From assembly GCA_963775315.1 (NCBI GenBank), contig CAVZIN010000010.1, positions 101,268 to 165,267 of the forward strand: DNA of 64,000 bases. The letters run 5' to 3'. A model generated the notes under the pieces. It was given only the letters and a program-made list of their open reading frames with translations, ran no database searches and had not been told where the DNA came from. This DNA comes from an uncultured Alphaproteobacteria bacterium. Lineage in GTDB: Bacteria > Pseudomonadota > Alphaproteobacteria > MPNO01 > DASWLB01. A program made the translations under genes and the position numbers. Positions 44,063 through 54,213 of this stretch are shown here, in pieces (position 1 is the first letter of the stretch; every line of letters starts with the position of its first letter).

Positions 44063-46606
44063 ATGTCACATCCGGCCCGAGACGGCCTCGCCACGCCCCG
44101 CGGCACCGACGCGTCGGCGCCCGGCGCCGCACCCGCGCGGCTTCGCGCCCACGGCAAGTTCTTCTTCGACGGCGCCGAGAAGGTCATGCTCAAGGGCGTG
44201 ACCTACGGCCCGTTCCGTCCCGACGCGGCGGGCGAGCTCTATGGCGCACGTGAAACGGCGGCACACGACCTCGCGCGCATGGCGGAGAACGGCTTCAACG
44301 CGGTGCGCACCTACACCGTGCCGCCGCGCTGGCTGCTCGATTCCGCCGCCGCTCAAGGGCTCCGCCTCATGGTCGGGGTGCCGTGGGAGCAGCATGTCGC
44401 CTTCCTCGACAGCCGCACCACCCGGCGGCGGATCCTTCGCAATGTCGGCGAGGCGGCGCGCGGCCTCGCCTTCCACCCGGGCGTGCTCGGGCTCGCCGTC
44501 GGCAACGAGATTCCGGCGCCGATCGTGCGCCTGTACGGCGCGACCCGGGTCGAGCGCTTCCTCGCCGAACTCGCCGACGCGGCCAAGCAGGCCGACCCGG
44601 ACGGGCTGGTGACCTACGTGAACTACCCGACGACCGAGTATCTCGAGTTGCCGTTCCTGGATTTCATGGCGTTCAACGTCTATCTGGAACGCGAGGCCGA
44701 CTACCGCGCCTATCTGCGCCGGCTGCAGAACCTGGCGGGCGAGCGGCCGCTGGTTCTCGGCGAGCTCGGGCTCGACAGCCGACGGAACGGGCTCGACAAG
44801 CAGGCCGAGACACTGGACTGGCAGCTTCGCGCGACCTTCGCCGCCGGCGCGGCCGGCGCCTTCGTCTATGGCTGGACCGACGAGTGGCATCGCGGCGGAC
44901 ACGAGATCGAGGATTGGGATTTCGGCCTGACCACCCGGGAGCGCGAGCCGAAGCCTGCGCTCGAAGCGGTGCGCCACGCCTTCGCCGAGACGCCGTTCCG
45001 CCGCGGGCTGGAATGGCCGCGCATTTCGGTCGTGGTGTGCAGCTACAACGGCGCGCGCACCATCCGCGACACGCTCGACCACTTGGCGAAGATCGACTAC
45101 CCCGACTACGAGATGATCGTGGTCAATGACGGCTCGCGCGACGAAACCCCGCGCATTGCCGAATCCTATCCCGGCGTGCGGGTGATCTCGACCGAGAACC
45201 GCGGCCTGTCGGCGGCGCGCAACACGGGGCTGGAAGCCGCGACCGGCGAGATCGTCGCCTACACCGACGACGATGCCTATCCCGACCGCGACTGGCTGCG
45301 CTTCGTCGCGGCCGGCTTCCGCGAGTCGCGCCATGTCGGCATCGGCGGGCCGAACATCGCGCCCTACGACGACGGATTCATCGGCGGATGTGTGGCTGCC
45401 TCGCCCGGCGGGCCGCTGCACGTGCTGGTCGACGACGAGACGGCCGAGCACATTCCCGGGTGCAACATGTCATTCCGCGCCGCGGCGCTGCGCGCCATCG
45501 GCGGGTTCGACGTGCGCTACCGCACGGCGGGCGACGACGTCGATGTGTGCTGGCGCCTGCAGGATGCGGGCGGCACCATCGGGTTCCACCCGGGCGCGGT
45601 GGTGTGGCACCACCGGCGCAATTCGGCGCGCGCGTTCTGGCGCCAGCAGATCGGCTACGGCCGCGCCGAGGCGCTGCTCGAGGACAAGTGGCCGGAGCGC
45701 TACAACGCCGTCGGCCACCTGTTCTGGCGCGGGCGCATTTATGGGCCCGGCCTGACGCGCCCGCTCCTGATGGCCGAGCGCGTCTATCACGGCCCCTGGG
45801 GCTCGGCCCCGTTCCAAGGCCTCTACCGCTCCGGCCCGACGGCGCTCACCGCCCTGCCGCTGATGCCGGAATGGTACCTGCTGATCGCGGCGCTGGCCGT
45901 TGCGGGACTCCTCGGCCTCTCCTGGCCGCCGCTCCTGTGGGCCGCGCTCGCGGTGCCCGTCTGCCTCGCCATCTCGGCCGTGCAGTCGGTCGCCAGCGCA
46001 CGCATCGCGCTCGACATGCGCAAGCGCCACGGCTCGCGCGACCTGCGCGCCCTGGCGCTCACCGCCGCGTTCCACATGATGCAGCCGATCGCGCGGCTGC
46101 GCGGCCGCATCCGCTTCGGTCTCACCCCGTGGCGGCGTCGGGCGTCGGGGGAGTTCACCGCGCCAGTTCCCGCGACCGTCGCGATCTGGGCCGAGCATTG
46201 GCGCGCGCCGGAGGCCCGCCTCGCCGCCTTGCAGGCGCGGCTTCACGCTGACAAGGGCTGCGTCGCCGCGGGCGGGCCGTTCGACCGCTGGGACCTGGAG
46301 CTGCGCTCGGGCCTCCTTGGCGGCGCGCGCGTGCTGATGGCGCCGGAGGAGCACGGCGCGGGCCGCCAGAACCTCGTGTTCCGTATCCGCCCGTTCGCCA
46401 CAGACGCGGTCAAGATCGCCGTCTGCGGCCTCGTCCTCCTCGCCGCACTCGCGGCGGGCGACGGCGCCTGGGTCGCGGCGGCGGGGCTCGCCCTCGCCGC
46501 GGTCGGCGTCGGGGTGCTTACGGCCCGTGCCGCCGGCGTCGCCATCGGCACGATGCGCGCCGCGCTCGACCGGCTCGGCGACGAGATCGTCCGCGAGACG
46601 CCATGA
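44063..46606 (+). CDS. Fusion of a clan-A glycoside-hydrolase-like TIM barrel, a GT2 glycosyltransferase and membrane helices
   Basis: N-terminal GFNAVRTY / VGNE / LGELG; central VVCSYN, VNDGS, YTDDD, GDDVD; C-terminal TM segments. Confidence 0.82.
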   Translation: MSHPARDGLATPRGTDASAPGAAPARLRAHGKFFFDGAEKVMLKGVTYGPFRPDAAGELYGARETAAHDLARMAENGFNAVRTYTVPPRWLLDSAAAQGLRLMVGVPWEQHVAFLDSRTTRRRILRNVGEAARGLAFHPGVLGLAVGNEIPAPIVRLYGATRVERFLAELADAAKQADPDGLVTYVNYPTTEYLELPFLDFMAFNVYLEREADYRAYLRRLQNLAGERPLVLGELGLDSRRNGLDKQAETLDWQLRATFAAGAAGAFVYGWTDEWHRGGHEIEDWDFGLTTREREPKPALEAVRHAFAETPFRRGLEWPRISVVVCSYNGARTIRDTLDHLAKIDYPDYEMIVVNDGSRDETPRIAESYPGVRVISTENRGLSAARNTGLEAATGEIVAYTDDDAYPDRDWLRFVAAGFRESRHVGIGGPNIAPYDDGFIGGCVAASPGGPLHVLVDDETAEHIPGCNMSFRAAALRAIGGFDVRYRTAGDDVDVCWRLQDAGGTIGFHPGAVVWHHRRNSARAFWRQQIGYGRAEALLEDKWPERYNAVGHLFWRGRIYGPGLTRPLLMAERVYHGPWGSAPFQGLYRSGPTALTALPLMPEWYLLIAALAVAGLLGLSWPPLLWAALAVPVCLAISAVQSVASARIALDMRKRHGSRDLRALALTAAFHMMQPIARLRGRIRFGLTPWRRRASGEFTAPVPATVAIWAEHWRAPEARLAALQARLHADKGCVAAGGPFDRWDLELRSGLLGGARVLMAPEEHGAGRQNLVFRIRPFATDAVKIAVCGLVLLAALAAGDGAWVAAAGLALAAVGVGVLTARAAGVAIGTMRAALDRLGDEIVRETP

Positions 46607-48376
46607 CCGCGGCGCCCCACCCGCGCGCGATCGCGACGTACCTCCGCCTTCTGCGCGAGGCGAAGGGATTCCGCCGTCACATCGCGGCGATCCTGGCGCT
46701 GAACCTGCTGGCCGCGCCGCTGGCGTTGCTCAACCCGGTGCCGATCAAGATCGCAGTCGAACTCGGTGATCGGCCACCGGGCGCTGCCGGACTTTCTTGC
46801 TTGGATGATGCCCAACGGGCTCACGACCTCGAAGCCGGCCATGCTCGGCCTCGCGGCGGCGCTGCTGCTCGCCGTCGTGCTCGCCACCTACCTGCAGGGA
46901 TTCGGCATCTGGCTCGCCCAGACCTGGACCGGCGAGAACCTGGTGCTGCGCTTCCGCACGCGCCTGTTCGAGCACCTGCAGCTCATGTCGCTGTCCTATC
47001 ACGACCGCAAGGGCACCTCGGACTCGGTCTACCGCGTGCAGTACGACGCGATGTCGCCACAGGCCGCGGTGCTGAACGGGCTGATCCCGCTGATTTCGAG
47101 CTTCGTGACGGTCGCCGCGATGCTCTTCGTCACCGCCGAGATCGACTGGGTGCTCGCGACGATCGCGCTCGCCATCTGCCCGGCCCTGTTCGGCCTCACC
47201 ATCGCGTTCGGCGAGCCGCTGCGCCGCACCTGGCTGAAGGTGAAGGCCGAGGAAAGCCAGGCCATGGGCGTGATGCAGGAGGTGCTGGGCGCGATCCGCG
47301 TGGTCAAGGCGTTCGGCCAGGAGCGGACGGAGAGCCAGCGCTTCGTGCGCCATCTCGGCCTCGCGGTGCGCGAGTACATGAAGCTCGCCCGAATGCACGG
47401 CGCGTTCGACCTGTCGGTCGGGCTGGTGATCGGGATCGGCACGGCGGCGATCCTCGTGCTCGGCGTGCAGAAGGTCCAGTCCGGCGCGCTCACCCTCGGC
47501 GAGCTGTTGATCGTAATGGGCTACATCGCCCAGCTCTACCGGCCGCTCGAAACCATCTCGAAGAAGATCACCGAGCTGCAATCGGCGCTGGCGAGCGCGG
47601 AGCGCGCGTTCGCCTTGTTCGACGAGGCGCCGGCGGTGATCGAGCGCGAGGATGCGCGGCCGCTGGAGCGCGCGCGCGGCGCGGTGACGTTCGACCACGT
47701 CTCTTTCTCATACGGAAGGGCGCCGGTTCTGGACAACGTCTCGCTCGACGTGCCGGCCGGCGCACGGGTCGGCATCTTCGGCGCCTCGGGCGCCGGAAAA
47801 TCGACGCTGGTCTCGCTGCTCACCCGGTTCTACGACCCGTCCTCGGGCGCGATCCGCCTCGACGGTCTCGATTTGCGCGAGTTGCGCCTCGCCGACCTCC
47901 GCCGCCAGTTCGCCATCGTGCTGCAGGAGCCGGTGCTGTTCTCGACCACCATCGCCGAGAACATCGCCTATGGCCGGCCGGGCGCGACCGAGGAGGAGAT
48001 CGTCGCCGCCGCGCGCGCGGCCAATGCCGACGACTTCATTCGCACCCTGCCTGACGGATACGCGACCGCGGTCGGCGAGCGCGGCGTGATGATGTCGGGC
48101 GGCCAGCGCCAGCGCGTCGCGATCGCCCGCGCGTTCCTCAAGGAGGCGCCGGTCCTGATCCTCGACGAGCCGACCTCGAGCGTCGACGTGGTGGCCGAAC
48201 AGCAGATCAAGCAGGCGATGCAACGGCTGATGGAAGGCCGCACCACCTTCGTCATCGCCCATCGCGAGACGATGCTCGCCGGCTGCGACATGTGGGTGCA
48301 GCTCTCGGGCGGGCGCGTCGTCGCGACCGGAAAGGGAATCGCTCCCATCGCCCACGGGCTCCAGGCCCTGGGATGA
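46603..48376 (+). CDS. ABC exporter, fused permease/ATPase; +1 frameshift near 46760 in this sequence
   Basis: TM domain, GASGAGKS, SGGQRQR, LDEPTS; the N-terminal 53 codons join the main frame (IAVDSVIG) if one A is removed. Confidence 0.85.
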
Positions 48377-49530
48377 GCTCCGGCCCGCGCGTGATCGTCA
48401 GCGGGCTGATCGCGCAGTACCCGATGGGCGGGGTGGTGTGGGATTACGTGCAGTACGCGGCGGGGCTCGCCGCGCTCGGTTGCGACGTCTACTACCTCGA
48501 GGATACGGGGACCTGGCCCTACAATCCGGTCGAGGGCGGGGTCAGCAAGAGCTGCGACTACAACCTCGCCGTGCTCAAGCACGCGCTCGACCATTTCGGG
48601 CTCGGCGAGCGCTGGGCCTATTTCTTCCCCGAGACCCGCACCTGGCACGGGCTTTCCGACGCGAAGCGCCGCGAGGTTCTGGCGACCGCCGACCTCCTGA
48701 TCAACGTATCCGGCACGCTCGCCCGCCCGCAGGACTATCGCAGCGTTCGCCGCCTCGCCTACATCGATTCCGATCCCGTCTTCACGCAGGTGAAGCTCGC
48801 CCGCGGGGAGACGCAGCTCGCCCGGCTGATCGAGCAGCACGACGTGCTGTTCAGCTTCGGCGAGACGCTGCCGGGCGCCGCCCCGGCAACGCCCTACCGC
48901 TGGCACGCAACGCGCCAGCCCATCGTGCTGGAGGCGTGGGCCGGCGCCGCGGAGCACCGCGACACGTTCACCACCGTGATGAACTGGACCATCGGCAAGC
49001 CGCTGATCCACGATGGAAGGAGCTACGGCCACAAGGATTTCGAGTTCGCCCGCTTCATGGACCTGCCCGAGCGAATCCGCCCGATCGAGATCGAGCTCGC
49101 GGTCAATGTCGGCAAGGGACGGCACACGCCTTACGATTTGTTGCGTCGCAAGGGCTGGCGTCTCGCCGACCCGGACGTCGTCTGCCCCGGCCTGGAAAGC
49201 TATCGCCGCTACGTGCAAGGGTCGAAGGCGGAGTGGAGCGTCGCCAAGCACGGCTATGTCGCCGGGCGCGCCGGCTGGTTCTCCTGCCGGTCCGCCTGCT
49301 ACCTCGCCGCCGGGCGGCCGGTGGTGGTCGAGGACACGGGCTTCGGCGCCGTGATCCCGACAGGCCGTGGCATCCTCGCCTTCCGCGATCCCGACGAGGC
49401 GGTCGAGGCGATCTTCGCGGTCGACGCCGACTACGCCACGCAAGCGCGCGCCGCGCGCGAGATCGCCGCCGAATATTTCGACGCGGGCAAGGTGCTCGGG
49501 CGGCTGCTGGACCAGGCGCTGGCTGCGTAG
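48373..49530 (+). CDS. Putative GT-B fold glycosyltransferase-like protein
   Basis: GG..W..QY..GL..LG.DV N-terminus; SCRSACYLAAGRPVV C-terminal donor-binding-like region; operon context. Confidence 0.6.
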   Translation: MSSGPRVIVSGLIAQYPMGGVVWDYVQYAAGLAALGCDVYYLEDTGTWPYNPVEGGVSKSCDYNLAVLKHALDHFGLGERWAYFFPETRTWHGLSDAKRREVLATADLLINVSGTLARPQDYRSVRRLAYIDSDPVFTQVKLARGETQLARLIEQHDVLFSFGETLPGAAPATPYRWHATRQPIVLEAWAGAAEHRDTFTTVMNWTIGKPLIHDGRSYGHKDFEFARFMDLPERIRPIEIELAVNVGKGRHTPYDLLRRKGWRLADPDVVCPGLESYRRYVQGSKAEWSVAKHGYVAGRAGWFSCRSACYLAAGRPVVVEDTGFGAVIPTGRGILAFRDPDEAVEAIFAVDADYATQARAAREIAAEYFDAGKVLGRLLDQALAA

Positions 49531-49542
49531 CAGGCGCCGCCC

Positions 49543-50301
49543 CTACTTGCGGATGCGCGCCTTCATCGCGGCGAGGAACTCGCCGAAGGCAGGCTGGCCC
49601 ATCGACCAGACCTGCGCGACGAACTCGTGGCCAGCCGCGGCGCTGCGGTCCTGCGTCGCCGCCGACAAGGCGAGCGTCGCCTTCGTCGTCACGACCAAGT
49701 CGCGCGGCACCTGGGCGCAGCCCTTGGCGAACGTCATTGCAGTCTCGACCAGCGCGTCATCCGCGACGCAGCGCAGCGCGAGACCGGCCTTCTCGGCCGC
49801 GGCGCCATCGAGAATCTCGCCGAACACCAGCATCGCCATCGCCTTCTGCCACCCGACGGCACGGTTCAGCATCCAGCTGTGCCCGCCGCCCGGATGCAGC
49901 GCCAGATTAAGGAAGCGGCAGTCGAATCTCGCCGACGCTCCGGCTATACGAATGTCACAGGCGAGCGCGAGGTTGATGCCCGCGCCGACCGCCGGCCCGT
50001 TCACCGCGGCGATCGTCGGCAGCTTGCAGGCCGCGACGCGCAGGAATCCCCGGTAGATCGCTTCGAGCGTCGCGGTGTCGCCGCCGCGCGCAGCCTCGAG
50101 GTCAGCGAGGTCGCCGCCGGCCGAAAAGGCGGGCGGCGCGCCGGTGAGCACCACCGCCTTCACCGCCGGATCGGCCTCGAACCCGTCGATCAGCGCCGCA
50201 AGCTCGGCCGAGAGGCCGGTCGAGATGATGTTCCTGCGCTTCGGGTCGTCCAGCGTGACCAGGGCGATACCGGACTCGATGGTGGTCTTGACCAGGGACA
50301 T
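49543..50301 (-). CDS. Enoyl-CoA hydratase/isomerase family protein
   Basis: FSAGGDL, PTIAAVNGPAVGAG..LALACDIR. Confidence 0.9.
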   Translation of the reverse strand: MSLVKTTIESGIALVTLDDPKRRNIISTGLSAELAALIDGFEADPAVKAVVLTGAPPAFSAGGDLADLEAARGGDTATLEAIYRGFLRVAACKLPTIAAVNGPAVGAGINLALACDIRIAGASARFDCRFLNLALHPGGGHSWMLNRAVGWQKAMAMLVFGEILDGAAAEKAGLALRCVADDALVETAMTFAKGCAQVPRDLVVTTKATLALSAATQDRSAAAGHEFVAQVWSMGQPAFGEFLAAMKARIRK

Positions 50302-50371
50302 AAGACACTCCGCTTGTTTTCGGGCCCGGCAGTATAGCGGGCGCGCGGGGGATGAACGCATTCCTTGCGTG

Positions 50372-50396
50372 GGAACCCCCCCTCCCCCGAGGCGTT
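50372..50396 (+). promoter_or_regulatory. EcfG/SigT-type promoter upstream of the OmpA-family lipoprotein
   Basis: GGAAC-N16-CGTT. Confidence 0.62.
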
Positions 50397-50592
50397 GAAC
50401 CCGGGCAAGTCGCTGCGTGTGATTGCTAGCGAACAGACGGAGGGGAATGTCCGTCGAGCCGCACCTGAGCAAGGCTTTCGAGCCGGCCCCCGCCTCCTTC
50501 ACCGCGGGCGGCGCGGCCGGCCTGCGGACGGGGCGGAAAGGCGGGCGCCGGCTTCGGCACGTGGCCGACCGTATTCACGACTGGAGGATCCC

Positions 50593-51480
50593 ATGCGCTA
50601 TGTCTCGCAGATTGGCCGCATCGCAGCGGTAGCGTTGCCGGCGTGCCTGTTGATGGCATGCTCCGATCAGGCCGTGCCGCAGTTCGAGCATACGGCGGTG
50701 ACCCAACCCAGCTTCAACGGTGAATTGGCCCGCAATTACAAGGCGTTCACCGAGTTCGAGGCCAATCAGATGTACGATTACTCGAGCGCGGTTCACTTCG
50801 CCAAGAAGGGCATGAAGGTCGCCCAGGGCGAAGAGGTCGCACCCGAGGACCCGGCCCATTGGGGCATCGACGATCCCACCAAGCTGAACGAGCTCCAGTC
50901 GGCCCGCGCCCGGCTGATGCGCGACCTCCAGTCCGACGCCCGCACCCGCGCTCCGGCCGCCCTCGCCAAGGCGCAGGAGCAGTACGATTGCTGGGTCGAA
51001 GAGCAGTCGGAGGAATGGCAGTCGGCCTATATCGATGCGTGCCGCGAGGGATTCCTTGCCGCCATCTCGCAGGCCGAAGGCACGCACGTGGTGGTGCAGC
51101 GTGAGCAGCGTGTCCAGCGACCGCAGCAGCCGCGTCAGTACCTGGTGTTCTTCGCATGGGACAAGAGCAACCTGAACCCCGACGCCCGCCGGGTTCTCGG
51201 TTCGATCGTCGCGCAGCTCCGCAGCGAGAAATATCGCGGCGTCCGCATCACCGGCTATGCCGACCGGTCCGGCTCGGTCCCCTACAACATCCGGCTGTCG
51301 CAGCGGCGAGCGAACTCGGTCGAGGCCTTTTTGGCCAGCCAGGGCGTCCCGCGCGACCGCATGACGACCGTGGCCCGCGGCGAGAGCGACCCGCTGGTCC
51401 CGACGGCGGACGGCGTGCGTGAGCCGCAGAACCGGCGCGCCGCGATCCTGATCCAGCTGGTGGGCGCCGGCACAAGCTGA
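50593..51480 (+). CDS. OmpA family lipoprotein
   Basis: Lipobox LMAC; AQ..YDCW..EQ domain; C-terminal GYADRSG..YN..LS.RRA and REPQNRR. Confidence 0.88.
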   Translation: MRYVSQIGRIAAVALPACLLMACSDQAVPQFEHTAVTQPSFNGELARNYKAFTEFEANQMYDYSSAVHFAKKGMKVAQGEEVAPEDPAHWGIDDPTKLNELQSARARLMRDLQSDARTRAPAALAKAQEQYDCWVEEQSEEWQSAYIDACREGFLAAISQAEGTHVVVQREQRVQRPQQPRQYLVFFAWDKSNLNPDARRVLGSIVAQLRSEKYRGVRITGYADRSGSVPYNIRLSQRRANSVEAFLASQGVPRDRMTTVARGESDPLVPTADGVREPQNRRAAILIQLVGAGTS

Positions 51481-51505
51481 GGATCGTTCCAAGAAACGGT
51501 GGAAG

Positions 51506-51529
51506 AGGGCGCCTTCGGGCGCCCTTTTT
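51506..51529 (+). terminator. Intrinsic terminator
   Basis: AGGGCGCC-TTCG-GGCGCCCT followed by TTTT. Confidence 0.8.
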
Positions 51530-51632
51530 CGTCACAGCCCGTCCAACGCTCGTCACAGCACGCTCACCCCAATGTCTACCGCGTGGTCTCACCTTCAAGG
51601 CATCGCAATCATGCGACGAAACGGAGGTCTTC

Positions 51633-52184
51633 ATGACGAGCCGCACGACGACAGGGCCGGCGAACGAGGACTCGGTCTGCACGCAGGCCGCGATCGCTCG
51701 GGCGCTGCCCACGCTTCGGCGCTTTGCCCGCTCGCTTGCCAAGGACACCGCCTCCGCCGATGACCTGGTGCACGACTGCGTGGTGAAGGCGTTGGAGAAT
51801 ATGGACAAGTTCCAGCCCGGGACGAACCTGCGGGCCTGGCTGTTCACGATCCTGCGCAACTGCTTCATCTCCGGCCTGCGCCGCGATCGGCGCCGGTTCG
51901 AGGACTGCGACGGGCCCGACTGGGCGATCCGGGGCGCAACCCCGCCGGACCAGGAGAGCCGCATCCTTCTGCAGCGCGTCGGCGAGGAGATCGCCGAGCT
52001 GCCCGCGGACCAGCGCGCCGTGCTGCGCCTGGTGGTGCTGGAGAGCCGCAGCTATGACGAGACCGCCCGCGCGCTGCACGTGCCGGTGGGCACCGTGCGC
52101 TCGCGCCTGTCGCGCGCGCGCCAGGCCCTGCGCGTGGCGACCGACGGGCGTGGCGAGGTGCACGACCACCGCGCCGCAGCCTGA
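51633..52184 (+). CDS. ECF sigma factor, EcfG (ECF15)-like
   Basis: LRRFARSL, ADDLV, FQPGTNLRAWLFTILRN, GTVRSRLSRAR. Confidence 0.88.
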   Translation: MTSRTTTGPANEDSVCTQAAIARALPTLRRFARSLAKDTASADDLVHDCVVKALENMDKFQPGTNLRAWLFTILRNCFISGLRRDRRRFEDCDGPDWAIRGATPPDQESRILLQRVGEEIAELPADQRAVLRLVVLESRSYDETARALHVPVGTVRSRLSRARQALRVATDGRGEVHDHRAAA

Positions 52185-52197
52185 TCCCGTCGTCTCT

Positions 52198-52239
52198 AAA
52201 AGCCGCGCGCTCCCGAAAGGGGGCGCGCGGTTTTTCTTT
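52198..52239 (+). terminator. Intrinsic terminator
   Basis: CCGCGCGCTCCC-GAAA-GGGGGCGCGCGG followed by TTTTTCTTT. Confidence 0.8.
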
Positions 52240-52280
52240 GCCAGCTTGCCGGTGGCCGGCGCGCCAGATAGCGTGCGCGC

Positions 52281-53309
52281 ATGCGGGTGGGAACAAGGCG
52301 GAGGCTCACGATCGCCGGTCGGGTCGTCGCCGTTTCGGCGGCCATCGGCGCGGCGTACGGCGCCGCGCTGACGCCAGCGCTGGTGCCCGGTCTCGCGCGC
52401 GGCGCGCTGACCGGCCTTTTGATCGCATCGGCGCTGAGCGCGTTCGAGCTGTTTGTCGTCAGGGGACCCGCCGGCGCGCCCTTGCGCAGGCTGAGCTTCA
52501 CGCCCCTGATCGCGACCACGACCGCGATCTACCTCGTCCTGATCATGGCCGGCCAGGAGCTGGCGGCGCTGGCGGTACCGGCCGCCGGCGGCGGCCTGAG
52601 GCTCGACGCGAACCTCGCCTGGTCGACCGGCTTCTCGCTGCTGTTCGCCGCGCTTGTGACATTTGTGATCCAGATCGACCTGATGCTGGGCCAGGGTGAG
52701 CTGGCGCGCTTCCTGCGCGGGCGCTACCACCGCCCGCGCGCCGAAGCGCGCGTCTTCCTGTTCCTCGATCTGGTGGGCTCGACCGCGCTCGCCGAGCGGC
52801 TGGGCGGTGAGCGCTTCCTCGCGCTGCTCAACGAAGCGTATGACGACATCGCCGAACCGATCCTGGAGCATGCGGGCGAGATCCACAAATATGTCGGCGA
52901 CGAGGTGATCGTCACCTGGTTGCCGGCGCGCGGTCTTGCCGAGGCGCGCTGCGTCGCCTGCGTGTTCGCCATCGAGGACGCGCTCGCCGGCCGCGCCGCC
53001 CGCTACCAGGAGCGCTACGGCGCGGTGCCGTCCTTCCGCTACGCGCTGCATCTGGGCGAGGTGGTGTCGGGCGAGCTGGGCCGCTTCAAGCGCGAGATCG
53101 CCTATATCGGCGACGGGATGAACACGGCGGCGCGGATCGTCGACGCCTGTCGTGCCAAGGGCCGCCCGCGCATCGCCTCGGCAAAGCTGATCGAGCGGCT
53201 GTCGCTGCCGCTCGGGGTAGTCGCGACCGACCTCGGCCCCGTCGAATTGCGCGGAAAGGAGGCGCCGATCGGCCTCATCGCCCTCGACCCTGCCGGTGCG
53301 AGCGGCTAG
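52281..53309 (+). CDS. Membrane-bound class III adenylate/guanylate cyclase
   Basis: About four TM helices; FLDLVGST, KYVGDE, GDGMNTAARI. Confidence 0.87.
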   Translation: MRVGTRRRLTIAGRVVAVSAAIGAAYGAALTPALVPGLARGALTGLLIASALSAFELFVVRGPAGAPLRRLSFTPLIATTTAIYLVLIMAGQELAALAVPAAGGGLRLDANLAWSTGFSLLFAALVTFVIQIDLMLGQGELARFLRGRYHRPRAEARVFLFLDLVGSTALAERLGGERFLALLNEAYDDIAEPILEHAGEIHKYVGDEVIVTWLPARGLAEARCVACVFAIEDALAGRAARYQERYGAVPSFRYALHLGEVVSGELGRFKREIAYIGDGMNTAARIVDACRAKGRPRIASAKLIERLSLPLGVVATDLGPVELRGKEAPIGLIALDPAGASG

Positions 53310-53344
53310 CATCGCGCCCTCACGACACAGAGCGGGGAGACGCC

Positions 53345-54211
53345 ATGAACGTCGCGGCATCACGTCTGCGCGAGCTGATCGCCGGACCGGACCTTCTGGT
53401 CTGCCCGGTCATTCATGACGGGCTGACAGCGAAGCTGGCCAAGGAGGCGGGCTTTCCCTGCGGGCTAATGGGCGGGTTCGGCGTCGCCGGCACGGTATTC
53501 GGCCTGCCGGACGTCGGGCTGATCGGGTTCCACGAGATGGCCGAGCAGCTCCGCCGCCTGACCGCCGCCGTGCCCGGCTTCCCGGTCATCGCCGACGGCG
53601 ACACGGGCTACGGCAACGCGATGAACGTGCGCCACACGGTGTTCGAGTACGCCCGCGCCGGCGCCGCCTGCGTGCTGATCGAGGACCAGCAGTGGCCGAA
53701 GAAATGCGGCCATATCGGCGGACCGCGCCAAGTGATCCCGCGCGACGAGGCGCGCATGAAGATCCGCGCCGCGGTCGAGGCCGCGCGCGAGGCCGACATT
53801 CTGGTGCTGGCACGCACCGACGCGCGCGGCGGGCTGGGGCTGGACGAGGCGCTGGCGCGCGGACGCGATTTCGCGGCCGAGGGCGCCGACATCGTGTTCC
53901 TCGAGGCGCTGCAGGGCAAGGACGAGTTGCAAGCCTATGCCGATGCGCTGAAGGATCACGCGCCTTGGGCCAACATGATGCCCAAGACGCCGCTCGTTTC
54001 GCGCGACGAGCTGAAGCGCATGGGGTTCAAGTTCGTCACGTACAATGTCGCGCTGGCCACCATGATCCAGGCGTTGCAGGACGCGTTCGCCGCGCTCGCC
54101 CGCGACGACATGGCGCACGCGCCGGCGATGGCCCCGTTCGACGAACTGCAGCGCGTGGTCGGGCTGCCGAACTACAACGCGCTCGAAGTGCGCTACGCGA
54201 CGGGGAAGTGA
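53345..54211 (+). CDS. Isocitrate lyase / PEP mutase family protein
   Basis: DGDTGYG, IEDQQWPKKCGH, ARTDA. Confidence 0.9.
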   Translation: MNVAASRLRELIAGPDLLVCPVIHDGLTAKLAKEAGFPCGLMGGFGVAGTVFGLPDVGLIGFHEMAEQLRRLTAAVPGFPVIADGDTGYGNAMNVRHTVFEYARAGAACVLIEDQQWPKKCGHIGGPRQVIPRDEARMKIRAAVEAAREADILVLARTDARGGLGLDEALARGRDFAAEGADIVFLEALQGKDELQAYADALKDHAPWANMMPKTPLVSRDELKRMGFKFVTYNVALATMIQALQDAFAALARDDMAHAPAMAPFDELQRVVGLPNYNALEVRYATGK

Positions 54212-54213
54212 GC

